Source: Desulfomonilia bacterium | Lineage (GTDB): Bacteria > Desulfobacterota > Desulfomonilia > UBA1062 | Assembly: GCA_050014195.1 (NCBI GenBank) | Contig: JBEKDT010000003.1 | Span: forward strand, 64,001-128,000 | Length of the DNA: 64,000 bases | Direction: 5' to 3' | In this document: piece by piece, positions 48,819 through 59,281 of the stretch | How positions within the stretch are numbered: position 1 is the stretch's first letter | How the letters are laid out: every line of letters starts with the position of its first letter | Program-made: the position numbers and the translations under genes | Notes under the pieces: generated by a model | What the model was told of the DNA's origin: nothing | Seen by the model: the letters and a program-made list of their open reading frames with translations, nothing else | The model's database searches: none

Positions 48819-50033
48819 CTAATCGCAGAGCTCGAACAGTGCTGCAGCACCCATGCCGCCGCCGATGCACATGGACTCTATGCCGTACTTCTTGCCGCGT
48901 GCCTGCATCTCGGTCATGAGCTGCGCGCAGAGCTTTGCGCCCGTGCATCCGAGCGGGTGGCCCAGCGCGATGGCGCCGCCGTTGACGTTGACGATCCTCT
49001 GATCGCTCTCATGGGAGTAGTACTTCTCGTCGTAGAGGCCGATCTGCTGAAGGCTGTAGATGGCCTGGGATGCGAATGCCTCGTTGATCTCGAAGATGGC
49101 GTTATCTTTGATATCAGTGGCCTTTCCGAGGCCGGCGACCTTGAGGACCTTGGGGATGGCATAGGCAGGGCCCACGCCCATCTCGTCGGAACGGCAGCCG
49201 GCGACCACATATGCCCTGAACTTGGCAATGGGCTTTACGCCGAACTTCTTGACCGCCTCGCCGCTCATGATCAGGGTCGCACCTGAGCCGTCTGTGGTCT
49301 GGGAGGAGTTGCCCGCCGTGACCGAGCCCATGGCCGCGAAGGCCGGGCGCAGCTTGGTGAGTCCTTCCATGGTGGTGGGCCTGACGCCGTCGTCAAAGTC
49401 CTGGATGAAGGTCTCTTTCACGGTGATGCCGTTCTTCTCCTTGAACCTGCATGCCTCCACCGGCACGATCTCCTTGAACTTGCCGTTCTTCTGTGCCTCG
49501 GCCGCCTTTGCCTGGGAGCCGAATGCGAACTTGTCCTGCATCTCGCGGGTGATCTTGTAGCGGTTGGCAACGTTCTCTGCGGTCATGCCCATGGATATGT
49601 AGGCATCCGGGTATGTTTTTGCCAGCTCGGGGTGCGGCCGCGGCATGTTGCCGCCCATAGGCACTATGGACATGGACTCAAGTCCGGCGCCGATGGCCAC
49701 ATCGCACATGCCGCCCATAATCCTCATGGCCTGGAGGCAGATGGCCTCAAGACCGGAGGCACAGAACCGGTTGACCGTGGCGCCGCAGGTATCATCCGGG
49801 AACCCGGCCATCTGCGCAATGATGCGGCCGATGTTGAGACCCTGCTCTGCCTCGGGGAATGCACAACCGACCAATATATCTTCCACATCCTTCTTTTCTA
49901 CTCCCTTGGCCCTCTCCATGAGCCCGTTGAGTGCGGCCTTCAAGAGATCTTCAGGGCGAGTTAAGGCTAAGGCGCCTCTGCCTCTCCTGCATCCGGGAGT
50001 CCTTACTGCCTGTACGATATATGCTTCTCTCAT
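48819..50033 (-). CDS. acetyl-CoA C-acyltransferase (thiolase)
   Basis: VNRFCASGL, TAGNSSQTTDG, EINEAFA, GAIALGHPLG, SMCIGGGMG. Confidence 0.96.
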   Translation of the reverse strand: MREAYIVQAVRTPGCRRGRGALALTRPEDLLKAALNGLMERAKGVEKKDVEDILVGCAFPEAEQGLNIGRIIAQMAGFPDDTCGATVNRFCASGLEAICLQAMRIMGGMCDVAIGAGLESMSIVPMGGNMPRPHPELAKTYPDAYISMGMTAENVANRYKITREMQDKFAFGSQAKAAEAQKNGKFKEIVPVEACRFKEKNGITVKETFIQDFDDGVRPTTMEGLTKLRPAFAAMGSVTAGNSSQTTDGSGATLIMSGEAVKKFGVKPIAKFRAYVVAGCRSDEMGVGPAYAIPKVLKVAGLGKATDIKDNAIFEINEAFASQAIYSLQQIGLYDEKYYSHESDQRIVNVNGGAIALGHPLGCTGAKLCAQLMTEMQARGKKYGIESMCIGGGMGAAALFELCD

Positions 50034-50067
50034 TGGTTTTCTCCTCGTTCTTTATCGTAGTATCCGA

Positions 50068-52470
50068 TTACAGGAACAACGGCTTGCCCGTGGCCATGAT
50101 GTTCTCGGCCATCTTCTGGGTGTTTTCCGTCTTCCAGAGATCAACAAAGGCCTCGCGCTCGAGCGTCATAAGGTGCTCTTCGCTCACGAGCGTACCGGTG
50201 GGGACATCGCCGCCGGACATACATACACAGATCTTCTTGGCGATGAATTCCATGTGAGGCGTGATGTATCCGCCGCCCTTCATGTTGTTCATCTCGGCCC
50301 AGATCATACCCTGGGCCTCGCGTCCGAACACCGGGATCTTGGTCTTGAGCGGCGGGGCATACCCGTCATCCACCATCTTGAGGACTTCCTTCTTGGCCTC
50401 GCCGATGAGGTTGTCTCGGTTCATGACGATGCGGTCTGCGGCGCCGAGGAATCCCCTGGTGCGTGCCTGCTCGGCAGAGTTGGAAACCTTGGCCTGGGCC
50501 ACTGCCATGAACGCGTTGATGAAGAATCCACCGTAATCGGTGACCTTGGCATCTTCGGGCTTGGAGGTGATGATCTTCCTCCAGAGGTTGATCATGCCGC
50601 AGCCGCCAGGGACCAGACCTGCGCCGATCTCCACCAGACCCATGAACAGGTCGGTGTGTGCCACGATCCTGTCGGCTGACAGGCAGGTCTCACAGCCGCC
50701 GCCCAGGGTGAGACCGTAGGGTGCTGCCACCACGGGGTAGTTTGTGTACCTGGTCGCCATGATCCCTTTGTGGACGTTCCTGATGAATCCGTCGATCTCA
50801 TCAAACTTGCCGGCCTTGGCAAGCCCCAGCATGAATGCCAGGTCGCCGCCTGCGGAGAATGCCCCCGGCATGCCTCCGGCCTGGTTGCCGATGACCATGC
50901 CCACGCCGTTGACCCCGACATACTCGCCGGCCTTGGCCATGAAGTCCACCATCTCCTTGTTGATGGCGTTCATCTTGGAGTGGAATTCGAGGCAGAACAC
51001 GCCGTCGCCGATGTCGATGAGCGAGCAGGAACCCGATGTGAGGGCCGTCTTTTTCTCGGCCTTGAAGTTGTTGAGGTCCAGGGCCTTGTCGCTGACCTTC
51101 ACGGGCTTGTAGCTCTCCGAGGCTAAGTCGTAGAACATCTTCTTGCCCTTTTCGAGCTTATAGAACGAAGAGTTCTTCTTGAGCATCTTCTTGACTTTCT
51201 CGGGAACCTTGAGGCCTTCTTTCTCCATCTTCTCAACGGATTCCTTCACGCCGATGGCGTCCCATGTCTCGAATGGGCCCATCTCGAAGTTGTAGCCCCA
51301 CTTCATGGCGTTGTCGATCTCGACCACCGTGTCTGAGATCTCGGGGATGCGGTTGGCCGCATAGATGAACTGTGGAGCCGTGGCCTTCCAGGCAAACTTG
51401 GCTGCCTTGTCGTCGCCGTAGAGGACCGCCTTGAGCTTCTCAGGAAGGGTCTTGGCCTTCTTTGCTGCATCGATGCAGGGGAAGCTGACCTTGTCGAAGG
51501 TCTCGTATTCGCCAGTCTTGGGGTTGATGGCCTTCTTGATCTTCTTCCACTCGGGGGTTATCTCTTTCTTATAGAAGCCAGCCTTGGTCTTGTTGCCAAG
51601 CAGCTTCTTATCAAGCATTGCCTGGAGGAATTCGGGCAGCTTGAATACATCTCTGGCCTCGTCATTGGGGCAGAGATCATAGGTGTTCTTCATGACGTGG
51701 GTCATGGTGTCAAGGCCGACCAAGTCGCCGGTGCCGAAGATGGCGGTCTTGGGGCGGCCCAGCGGTGCGCCGAAGATGGCGTCCACCTCGGGGATGGTGA
51801 ACCCATCCTCGAGCATGGTCTTCAGGACTGCGCCGGTCCCGTGGATACCGATGCGGTTGCCGATGAAGTTCGGTGTATCCTTTGCCCAGACGATGCCTTT
51901 TCCAAGCCTGCTCCCGCCGAACTCTGCCACGAAGTCCAGGATCTCTTTCTTGGTGTTCTCACCAGGGATGATCTCCAAGAGATGCATGTAGCGGACAGGG
52001 TTGAAAAAGTGTGTGCCCAAGAAGTGCTCTTTGAAGCCCTTGCTTAAGCCCTCTGACATGGCCTTGAGGGGAATGCCTGAAGTGTTGGAGGATACGATGG
52101 CGTCCGCCTTGCGCACCTTGTCGATGCGGGCGAACAGCTGCTGCTTGATCTTGAGGTTCTCGACGACCACCTCGATGATCCAGTCGCACTCTGAGAGCTT
52201 GTCGAAATCGTCTTCCAGGTTGCCGGTGGTAATGCGCATTGCATGGTCCTTGTTGTAGAATAACGGCGGCTTCGCCTTCATGGCGCCTTCCAGACCCATA
52301 GTGACAATCCGGTTCCTGGCCTTTTTATCCTTCTTCTCTTCTTCTTTCAGGTCGAATGGAACGATGTCGAGCAGGAGCATTTCCACGCCTGCTGCGGCGA
52401 GGAGCGCAGCAATGCCGCCTCCCATTATCCCAGACCCGATAACCGCGGCCTTATTGATTCTCCTGACCAT
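50068..52470 (-). CDS. 3-hydroxyacyl-CoA dehydrogenase/enoyl-CoA hydratase (FadN-type)
   Basis: GSGIMGGG, SSNTSG, THFFNPVR, KDTPNFIGNR; C-terminal crotonase LGGGCE, GLVEIGAGLVPG. Confidence 0.94.
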   Translation of the reverse strand: MVRRINKAAVIGSGIMGGGIAALLAAAGVEMLLLDIVPFDLKEEEKKDKKARNRIVTMGLEGAMKAKPPLFYNKDHAMRITTGNLEDDFDKLSECDWIIEVVVENLKIKQQLFARIDKVRKADAIVSSNTSGIPLKAMSEGLSKGFKEHFLGTHFFNPVRYMHLLEIIPGENTKKEILDFVAEFGGSRLGKGIVWAKDTPNFIGNRIGIHGTGAVLKTMLEDGFTIPEVDAIFGAPLGRPKTAIFGTGDLVGLDTMTHVMKNTYDLCPNDEARDVFKLPEFLQAMLDKKLLGNKTKAGFYKKEITPEWKKIKKAINPKTGEYETFDKVSFPCIDAAKKAKTLPEKLKAVLYGDDKAAKFAWKATAPQFIYAANRIPEISDTVVEIDNAMKWGYNFEMGPFETWDAIGVKESVEKMEKEGLKVPEKVKKMLKKNSSFYKLEKGKKMFYDLASESYKPVKVSDKALDLNNFKAEKKTALTSGSCSLIDIGDGVFCLEFHSKMNAINKEMVDFMAKAGEYVGVNGVGMVIGNQAGGMPGAFSAGGDLAFMLGLAKAGKFDEIDGFIRNVHKGIMATRYTNYPVVAAPYGLTLGGGCETCLSADRIVAHTDLFMGLVEIGAGLVPGGCGMINLWRKIITSKPEDAKVTDYGGFFINAFMAVAQAKVSNSAEQARTRGFLGAADRIVMNRDNLIGEAKKEVLKMVDDGYAPPLKTKIPVFGREAQGMIWAEMNNMKGGGYITPHMEFIAKKICVCMSGGDVPTGTLVSEEHLMTLEREAFVDLWKTENTQKMAENIMATGKPLFL

Positions 52471-52520
52471 TATACCCTCCTCTGTTTTGTGTTTGTTGTT
52501 TATCTTCAGCTAGTGAAATC

Positions 52521-52562
52521 TGAATCAAAATTCAATTTACACCGGAAATATGTTTTAGTCAA
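52521..52562 (-). promoter_or_regulatory. sigma70 promoter with adjacent TGAAT-N4-ATTCA palindrome
   Basis: TTGACT-17-TAAATT on the minus strand; TGAATCAAAATTCA at 52521-52534 lies over the predicted +1. Confidence 0.5.
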
Positions 52563-52699
52563 CAAGACTGATGCAGGTATTCAAAGATTTTTCCGGTCTT
52601 TGAAGAGACGCTTTTGTTTTAATCATAATCGGACTGGATATTCATTCCTCATTGTTCTATAGCATAATTCCCCTCCGGGCTAAAGCTGATTTAAGGGAT

Positions 52700-53083
52700 C
52701 TTGAGATAGACCTCTTCAGCCAGGTATGCGCAGAATCCGCAGGCATTGCACAGATCTCCGGCACCGGGGGACAATTCGACTTCATATTTGGTGCGTTCTA
52801 TTCCCGCGGGGGCAAAGGGATCATCGGAATCAGCTCCACATTCACCGACAGGGAAGGCGCTGTGCATTCACGGATCGTTCCCACGCTTAGGCCCGGATCT
52901 ATCGTAACGGTGCCTCGTTCCATCGTGCAATACGTGGCCACCGAATACGGGATCGTGCAGCTCAAGGGCAAGTCCACCTGGGAACGGGCAGAAGCGCTCA
53001 TCGGGATTGCGCATCCCATGTTCCGCGACGAGCTCACCAGACAGGCCCGGGAGATGAAGATCTGGCTCAACAGGGATCGGTGA
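52700..53083 (+). pseudogene. C-terminal fragment of acetyl-CoA hydrolase/4-hydroxybutyrate CoA-transferase
   Basis: [61 protein letters not shown]; N-terminal domains and a credible start are missing. Confidence 0.78.
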
Positions 53084-53173
53084 GTTAGTGACCAGTTGTG
53101 AGTGAACCGTGATCAGCGAACAGACATTGAATGGGCTTGCCCTTGAGATGTGGCAAAACCCGCAGAAATGGAT

Positions 53174-53195
53174 GTAGGAGCTGCTTTAGCCGCGA
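53174..53195. repeat. single GTAG-type REP-like element
   Basis: GTAGGAGCTGCTTTAGCCGCGA, near-identical to the reverse complement of 28645-28666. Confidence 0.6.
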
Positions 53196-53229
53196 TTTGA
53201 ATCATCGAATGCCGTGAGCATCATGCCTA

Positions 53230-54078
53230 TTACCCGGGTTTTATCGTCTTCTTCATCCACGCCGGGGCTTCCTTGCGTCCGGCCAACCTCTGAAAACCAA
53301 CCGGGAACAGTCGTTTGAGCCAGTCCAGCACATATGCATCAGGGCCCACCATGATACGTTGCTTGTCTTTTTTGATGCCGGAGATGATTATCTTTGCTGC
53401 CTTGTCCGCCGTTGTTTTGGCCATGAAGCGATCGAAAATGGCAACGGCCTCATCTCTGCTCAAAGAAGCGTCCGAGGCCTTGTAGAAGCGTGCATTGCGG
53501 GCAATGTTCGTCTTGATACCTCCGGGATGGACACAGGAGACTTTGATCTGGGTTCCTGAAAGCTCCTGAGAGAGGGTCTCGGTGAAACCCCGCACCGCAA
53601 ACTTCGCAGTACAGTAAGGTCCATTATTCGGGTTGGTGTAGATTCCGTTTACGCTACTGATATTGACGATGTGGGCCTCCTTATGCTGCTTGAGATAAGG
53701 AAGAAACTCCTTACAGCCGTAAACCACACCCCACAGGTTAATCCCCATGAGCCATTCAAAATCTTCATAACGAATGTCTTCCAGGGTTTCTGTCACAACC
53801 ACACCGGCATTATTGATAAGGAGGTGCACCCCGCTATGTTTCTCCACTGTCTCTTCGGCATAACGCTTGACCCGATCTCGATCTGCTACATCTACAACAT
53901 GGGTAGTGACTCTGATATTTCGGTTGCCGATCATGTCGGCCGTCTCTTTGAGTCCTTCCTCGTCAACATCCGAGATGGCAACATGGCAGCCTTCATCGAC
54001 CAGGTTCACGGCCAGCGCCCTCCCAATACCGGACGCGGCGCCGGTTATGGCCGCTACCTTGTCTCTTAGCTCCTTCAT
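53230..54078 (-). CDS. short-chain dehydrogenase/reductase
   Basis: TGAASGIG, INNAG, NISS, YCTAK, HPGGIKT. Confidence 0.93.
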   Translation of the reverse strand: MKELRDKVAAITGAASGIGRALAVNLVDEGCHVAISDVDEEGLKETADMIGNRNIRVTTHVVDVADRDRVKRYAEETVEKHSGVHLLINNAGVVVTETLEDIRYEDFEWLMGINLWGVVYGCKEFLPYLKQHKEAHIVNISSVNGIYTNPNNGPYCTAKFAVRGFTETLSQELSGTQIKVSCVHPGGIKTNIARNARFYKASDASLSRDEAVAIFDRFMAKTTADKAAKIIISGIKKDKQRIMVGPDAYVLDWLKRLFPVGFQRLAGRKEAPAWMKKTIKPG

Positions 54079-54183
54079 GGATATATCCTCTCAGGTATGG
54101 TTGATAGGTAAAATCGCGCAGGCCATATCCATGGTCTTGGCCCGATGCCGGGAGATATGCCTGCCCTGGTGACGGAGCGGATA

Positions 54184-55218
54184 TTATCCGGCAGAACCTG
54201 CCTGCGCCGCCATATGCGCCCTAATCTTTTTGGCCGTCCATCCCATGGCCATGTAAGAGCCAAGGTACACTGCGATGAAAACACATACGACCTTTGATAT
54301 CATGGCAGCTGCAAACGGGATGTTTTCAAATCCGGCTACACCAAGAGCAAGTCCATACAGAATACCCACTACTATCCCCATAAAGAGCATGATGAGGAAG
54401 TAAAGAAATCCATGGATGCCCTTTCCCTTGCCTAAACCATCCAGGGTGATTATGCCCAGGTAAAAGCCCGAAATGGTGTACATGATGGCAGCCAGGAAGG
54501 TGAAGTTGCACACGAACATAAAGGTGATGACATGGTCAGCCACGACCGCCTTTACCGGAAGAAGACCTTGCAGATTGGGGAATTCCCGGGAGAGTTTGAG
54601 CATTTCCTGATGGAACCCCCTGTTCGCGATCGGACAGTTTATGATGAGTTGGAATATGAAGTTGGGCAGTATGTATGTTTTCCAGAAATACCCCTTCTTC
54701 GTTATGACCCCGGCATAGGCACCTAGTCCTTTGGCTGCGAGGCTAGTAAGGTCACGTCCGATGAATCGGCTGGTAATGAGGTAGTGCGGTATGACATAGA
54801 GCAACGAGAGCACTAAGGTTATGCGGGGGCGCGGTGTCCACCCGGTTCCATAGATGATACCCATGATGATCGCCGTGCATAACAAGGCGATGGGAAACGA
54901 TACAGGAAGAGTCATGAGCCAGGGGTTCCCCACAGGCCTATCCGCCCCTGCATCTCCCCCTGTTGGAAGCTCCACCTTTCCTTCGATGAGTTCCTTGCGT
55001 GCCGCAAACAGGGTGCCTGCGGGCTGGAACGTAATGAATGCCATGTATACCGTCGCAATGAACCCCGCCACGGTGAACTGAGTGTATTCAGCCCCCATGA
55101 CACGGAAGATAAGTAATCCCCCTACCACGATCAAAACGGCGATGACAACGAAGCTCACCACTACCTGGACTGCAAGAACCTGATTGACCCCGAGTTTCTT
55201 TTTCTTTGAATCTGCCAT
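54184..55218 (-). CDS. hypothetical multi-pass membrane protein
   Basis: 344 aa, about 8 hydrophobic segments, GGAGG RBS. Confidence 0.7.
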   Translation of the reverse strand: MADSKKKKLGVNQVLAVQVVVSFVVIAVLIVVGGLLIFRVMGAEYTQFTVAGFIATVYMAFITFQPAGTLFAARKELIEGKVELPTGGDAGADRPVGNPWLMTLPVSFPIALLCTAIIMGIIYGTGWTPRPRITLVLSLLYVIPHYLITSRFIGRDLTSLAAKGLGAYAGVITKKGYFWKTYILPNFIFQLIINCPIANRGFHQEMLKLSREFPNLQGLLPVKAVVADHVITFMFVCNFTFLAAIMYTISGFYLGIITLDGLGKGKGIHGFLYFLIMLFMGIVVGILYGLALGVAGFENIPFAAAMISKVVCVFIAVYLGSYMAMGWTAKKIRAHMAAQAGSAG

Positions 55219-55589
55219 AGAACCTCCCCTCAGAAATATAGGACCCCTTCAATACTTATTATAGCCCGGCATTATCATTCCTGTTGTGGAATCACACTCC
55301 CTACAGCAGATATGTATCTAAGAGCTTGATGATTTTCCTCCTCAACACACAGGTGTGGAGAGGTCTACAAACAGTATCATCTCAACATGCAATTTATCAT
55401 GAATTAATTAATACTCTCACTAATCACTAGAATAAATAGGAATCTTATTGAGTAACGGTTAAATTCGAACGGTAGATTATGAACTCTTAACCTGAAATTA
55501 ACGTGCCCCGTGGGAAGGGGCATTACTTGTTCAGAGGGAAATGCCCTGCTGGGGCAGGGTTTCATGGAGGACACGCACTGACCTGACCA

Positions 55590-55790
55590 CTATACTCCCG
55601 ACTCTTCGGTCCGCGGCTGGGGACCAGGGATGATGCCCGCAATATCAGGGTCTTCATCGTTTAACAGAGGATCCTTGTTTTCCTTCAGGTCCTTCCGTTC
55701 GAGCTTCTTGGCCTCCTTGGCGAGTCTTTTGCGCCTCTTTGCCTCTTCACGTTCCTTCTTTTTAAAGGTATTCGTTGATCTGTTAGCCAT
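55590..55790 (-). CDS. small basic/charged protein downstream of the csp gene
   Basis: GGAGGT RBS; TFKKKEREEAKRRK..EDPDIAGIIPGPQP. Confidence 0.7.
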   Translation of the reverse strand: MANRSTNTFKKKEREEAKRRKRLAKEAKKLERKDLKENKDPLLNDEDPDIAGIIPGPQPRTEESGV

Positions 55791-55926
55791 ATTTACCTCC
55801 CGGCTTGAAGCCTACGAGACCTTTTGAGGTCGAACAATACTTGCGAGGCTTGTTGCTGGGAACAAATTCCTCTGATTCCCAGATGGATTCAAGGGCGGGT
55901 CATGCCCCGCCCGTTTTTTCACTATT

Positions 55927-56127
55927 TTAAGATGTTGTTACGTTGGATGCCTGCATCCCCTTCTGACCTTTGACGATCTCAAAGGTAACCCTCTGGCCCT
56001 CTTCGAGTGCCCTGAACCCCTGCTGGTTGATGGACGTATGGTGTACGAATACATCCTGGCCGTCATCAGCGGTGATGAAACCATACCCTTTTTCTCTGTT
56101 AAACCACTTTACTGTTCCTTGCGCCAT
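55927..56127 (-). CDS. cold-shock protein (CspA family)
   Basis: GTVKWFN, KGYGFI (RNP1), DVFVH (RNP2), QASNV. Confidence 0.96.
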   Translation of the reverse strand: MAQGTVKWFNREKGYGFITADDGQDVFVHHTSINQQGFRALEEGQRVTFEIVKGQKGMQASNVTTS

Positions 56128-56414
56128 GTTCAATACCTTTCTTGCATTCTTCCCCTGCCTTGCCTGGCAGGAGACACTGCGGATGAATTTCTGAAATCTG
56201 AAGATATCGTCGATGAAATGTTGACTTGGGGGAGCCGTACAGAAGGTGTTCTTCGCAGGTCAAAACTCAAGTCGGATATATTCTTTTTCAGATGTAAGTT
56301 ACACGTAGTGCACAACAAAGCCGGTGTCAAGAGTTAAATCAGGTGATTATGTATTAAAAATAAGGGAGAACTGCGAATACGTCTCCTGTTTATTCTTTTT
56401 TCTCGTTCACCTCT

Positions 56415-57476
56415 TCATGGCCGAATCTTCTCGGTGCTCATGAGGTTAAATGTCTCAAAAACCGTCTCCGGCGGGGTGTAGAATTTTTCATCAGGCTTTT
56501 TTAGGAGGCTTAGGGCCTCAGTGGGGCAGGTGGTGACACACAAGCCGCAGCCGATGCAACGCTCAGCCCTGAATTGGATCTTATCTTCCTTGAGTTTCAA
56601 TGCTCCGACAGGGCAACGTTTCAAGCATACGCCACAAGCAGTGCAGAGTGATTCATCCAAGGAGCAGACATAGTTGCTCTTTGCTTCTCGGGCCGGTGCC
56701 GGGAAGAGCTTGAGTGAGATGAGCATGCCGCAGCAGCAGGAACAGCAGGCGCACATGGCCTCAACATTGACCGAATTCAGGATATGGATGACCAACCCCT
56801 CGGCTTCATTGCGCTTCAATATCGTTAACGCCTCATCCGTACTGATGTAACGGGCCATGCCGTTGTCCACATAGTAGTCTGCAAAGGAATCAAACTGGAT
56901 ACAGGTCTCTAACGGATGCGAGCAACCCTTGCCGTACATGCGCACCGCCTTGCGGCAAAAGCAATCGGCAACGGCAATACGGGATTTGCCCTTGATGATG
57001 GCAGCGGCATCGTCGTAGGGGGCAATGGGACCATCCGGGGTTATCCGGGTGTTGATGGGGATAGATCTCAGGTGAGGCGTCTTCAGCCCATGAAATGTGG
57101 CGCCCAGGCCGGTAAGGTAGTACTCGGAGATATCCTTTAAAAGTTGGGGGCTCAAATTGTTCAACTGAAACTCGTAGATGCCTACGATAAAGGGGATAGG
57201 GAAATATCGGGTGGTTTCACCTTCTCTCAGCCGGAAGATGAGTCCCTTCCCGGCCATTTCTTCCAACTGCGTTACCATGGCAGCAGGTTCTGACCGGACA
57301 TGAGAGGCCACCTCTTGGGCGGTTTGAGGCTGTGGATTCATGGCCAGGAATAGTTCGGCATCTTCCTCGCTGAAGAGCTGTTTCAAGATCCTAATCTCCA
57401 CCCCGCCCTGGGTGGCCGGGTAACCGGTTGCCATTTCATCGAGCCTGGCGCGCAATCTCTCATATACATCGGGCAT
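56415..57476 (-). CDS. 4Fe-4S dicluster-domain protein with N-terminal HTH-like region
   Basis: CFCR, LETC, CACCSCCCG, CTACGVCLKRCP, CIGCGLCVTTCP. Confidence 0.85.
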   Translation of the reverse strand: MPDVYERLRARLDEMATGYPATQGGVEIRILKQLFSEEDAELFLAMNPQPQTAQEVASHVRSEPAAMVTQLEEMAGKGLIFRLREGETTRYFPIPFIVGIYEFQLNNLSPQLLKDISEYYLTGLGATFHGLKTPHLRSIPINTRITPDGPIAPYDDAAAIIKGKSRIAVADCFCRKAVRMYGKGCSHPLETCIQFDSFADYYVDNGMARYISTDEALTILKRNEAEGLVIHILNSVNVEAMCACCSCCCGMLISLKLFPAPAREAKSNYVCSLDESLCTACGVCLKRCPVGALKLKEDKIQFRAERCIGCGLCVTTCPTEALSLLKKPDEKFYTPPETVFETFNLMSTEKIRP

Positions 57477-57686
57477 GACTGCATGATCCTCGTGTCTTAA
57501 GTTTTAACATGGATCATAGCGGATTCTAAAAGTCCTTACTACGAAAAATAGACATCTGTTTTCACCATTGGTTTGAATCACCCCTTTAAGTAAGAGAAGA
57601 AGCTTCTTCTCTCTTGATCTTTTCAACTCATGGAATATATTATTAAAGAGTACTACATATTGTAATCAAGTGAAGGGAGAAACTGC

Positions 57687-59177
57687 ATGGGGACTTTCCC
57701 GGAATATGACCGGTATGACGCACTCGGCCTGGCCGAGCTTATCAGGAGGAAAGAAGTTACACCAGAGGAACTCTGCGAAGAGGCCATCAGCCGCATAGAG
57801 AGAATCAACCCGAAGATCAACGCAGTAATCTACAATATGTTCGACATAGCCCGGAATACTCTCAAGGGCAAGCTGCCTCAAGGCCCGTTTACCGGCGTTC
57901 CATTCCTCATTAAAGACCTGCTCGCCTCCTATGCAGGCGTCCCTCTGACCATGGGGAGCAAGGCCTACAAAAACTACATTCCCGCTCAGGACAGCGAGTT
58001 GATGAAGCGCTACAAGGCTGCCGGCGTGGTGATCGTCGGTAAGACCAACACCCCCGAGTTCGGCCTCATGGGCATAACCGAGCCGGAACTGCATGGACCG
58101 ACCCGCAACCCATGGAATCCGGAACACACGCCGGGCGGATCGAGCGGCGGATCAGGTGCGGCTGTTGCAAGCGGCATGGTGCCCTTTGCCTCCGGCGGCG
58201 ATGGCGGTGGCTCCATACGCATTCCCTCTTCTTACTGCGGACTCTTCGGGATGAAGCCCACAAGGGGACGGAATCCTACAGGCCCGGAGTACGGCCAGAT
58301 ATGGCAGGGTGCTGCAGTGGAGCATGTGATCACACGCTCAGTGAGGGACAGCGCAGCCATGATGGATGCCGTAAACGGGCCCGATGCCGGTGCCCCGTAT
58401 ATCATACCGAACCCTGAGAGGCCGTATCTCGATGAATTAAACCGCGAACCAGGCCCCCTGAAAATCGCCTTCACAAAAAAATCACCCCTGAATGCAGGGG
58501 TACATCCTGAATGTCAAAAGGCAGTGGAAAATGCTGCAGCCCTCCTGACAAGTCTGGGGCATCGGGTGGAGGAAGCAGAACCGGATATCGACGGTATTGC
58601 CCTGGCCAAGAGTTATTTTACCATGTACTTCGGGGAGATTGCGGCCGATATGAAAGACCTCAAAACGGTACTGGGGAGAAAGGCGAAACCTTCGGATGTG
58701 GAAGGCCCCACCTGGGCGCTCAAGCTGCTCGGGGATGCATTCACAGCGGGGGAGTTCGTGTATGCAATAAGGCAGTGGAATACCTTTTCCCGGCAGATGG
58801 GCCTCTTCCATCAGAAATATGATCTCTATCTCACTCCTACCACGGCTTACCCCCCGGTGAGGATCGGGGAACTGAAACCAAAACCTATAGAAGAATGGCT
58901 CATGAAAATCACCAATTCGCTGAACCTGGGCAAACTGATACGCCTTTCAGGTATTGCCGACAAGCTCGCCATTGAAAGCCTGGCCAAGACGCCATACACA
59001 CAGCTTGCTAATCTTACCGGCCTGCCCGCCATGTCGGTGCCGTTGCACTGGACCGGGGACGGCCTGCCCTGCGGGGTTCAGTTCATAGCACGCTTCGGGG
59101 ATGAGGCAACACTCTTCAGACTCGCAGCCCAGCTCGAAAAGGCCCAGCCCTGGTTCGACAGGAGACCAAAACTATAG
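57687..59177 (+). CDS. amidase signature family protein
   Basis: [33 protein letters not shown]. Confidence 0.94.
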   Translation: MGTFPEYDRYDALGLAELIRRKEVTPEELCEEAISRIERINPKINAVIYNMFDIARNTLKGKLPQGPFTGVPFLIKDLLASYAGVPLTMGSKAYKNYIPAQDSELMKRYKAAGVVIVGKTNTPEFGLMGITEPELHGPTRNPWNPEHTPGGSSGGSGAAVASGMVPFASGGDGGGSIRIPSSYCGLFGMKPTRGRNPTGPEYGQIWQGAAVEHVITRSVRDSAAMMDAVNGPDAGAPYIIPNPERPYLDELNREPGPLKIAFTKKSPLNAGVHPECQKAVENAAALLTSLGHRVEEAEPDIDGIALAKSYFTMYFGEIAADMKDLKTVLGRKAKPSDVEGPTWALKLLGDAFTAGEFVYAIRQWNTFSRQMGLFHQKYDLYLTPTTAYPPVRIGELKPKPIEEWLMKITNSLNLGKLIRLSGIADKLAIESLAKTPYTQLANLTGLPAMSVPLHWTGDGLPCGVQFIARFGDEATLFRLAAQLEKAQPWFDRRPKL

Positions 59178-59281
59178 GCTCCTGCCGCACATCGATTATC
59201 ATACTCTTTGCATAATATTTTATGGTAATCTTAATGTTGTGGTATGTGTTGAATTAATACAAACAAGAGGAGGTCCCATCA

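Noticed and set aside
53084-53125. Short degenerate GTGA-rich tandem repeats
   Set aside because: Too short and irregular to distinguish from chance.
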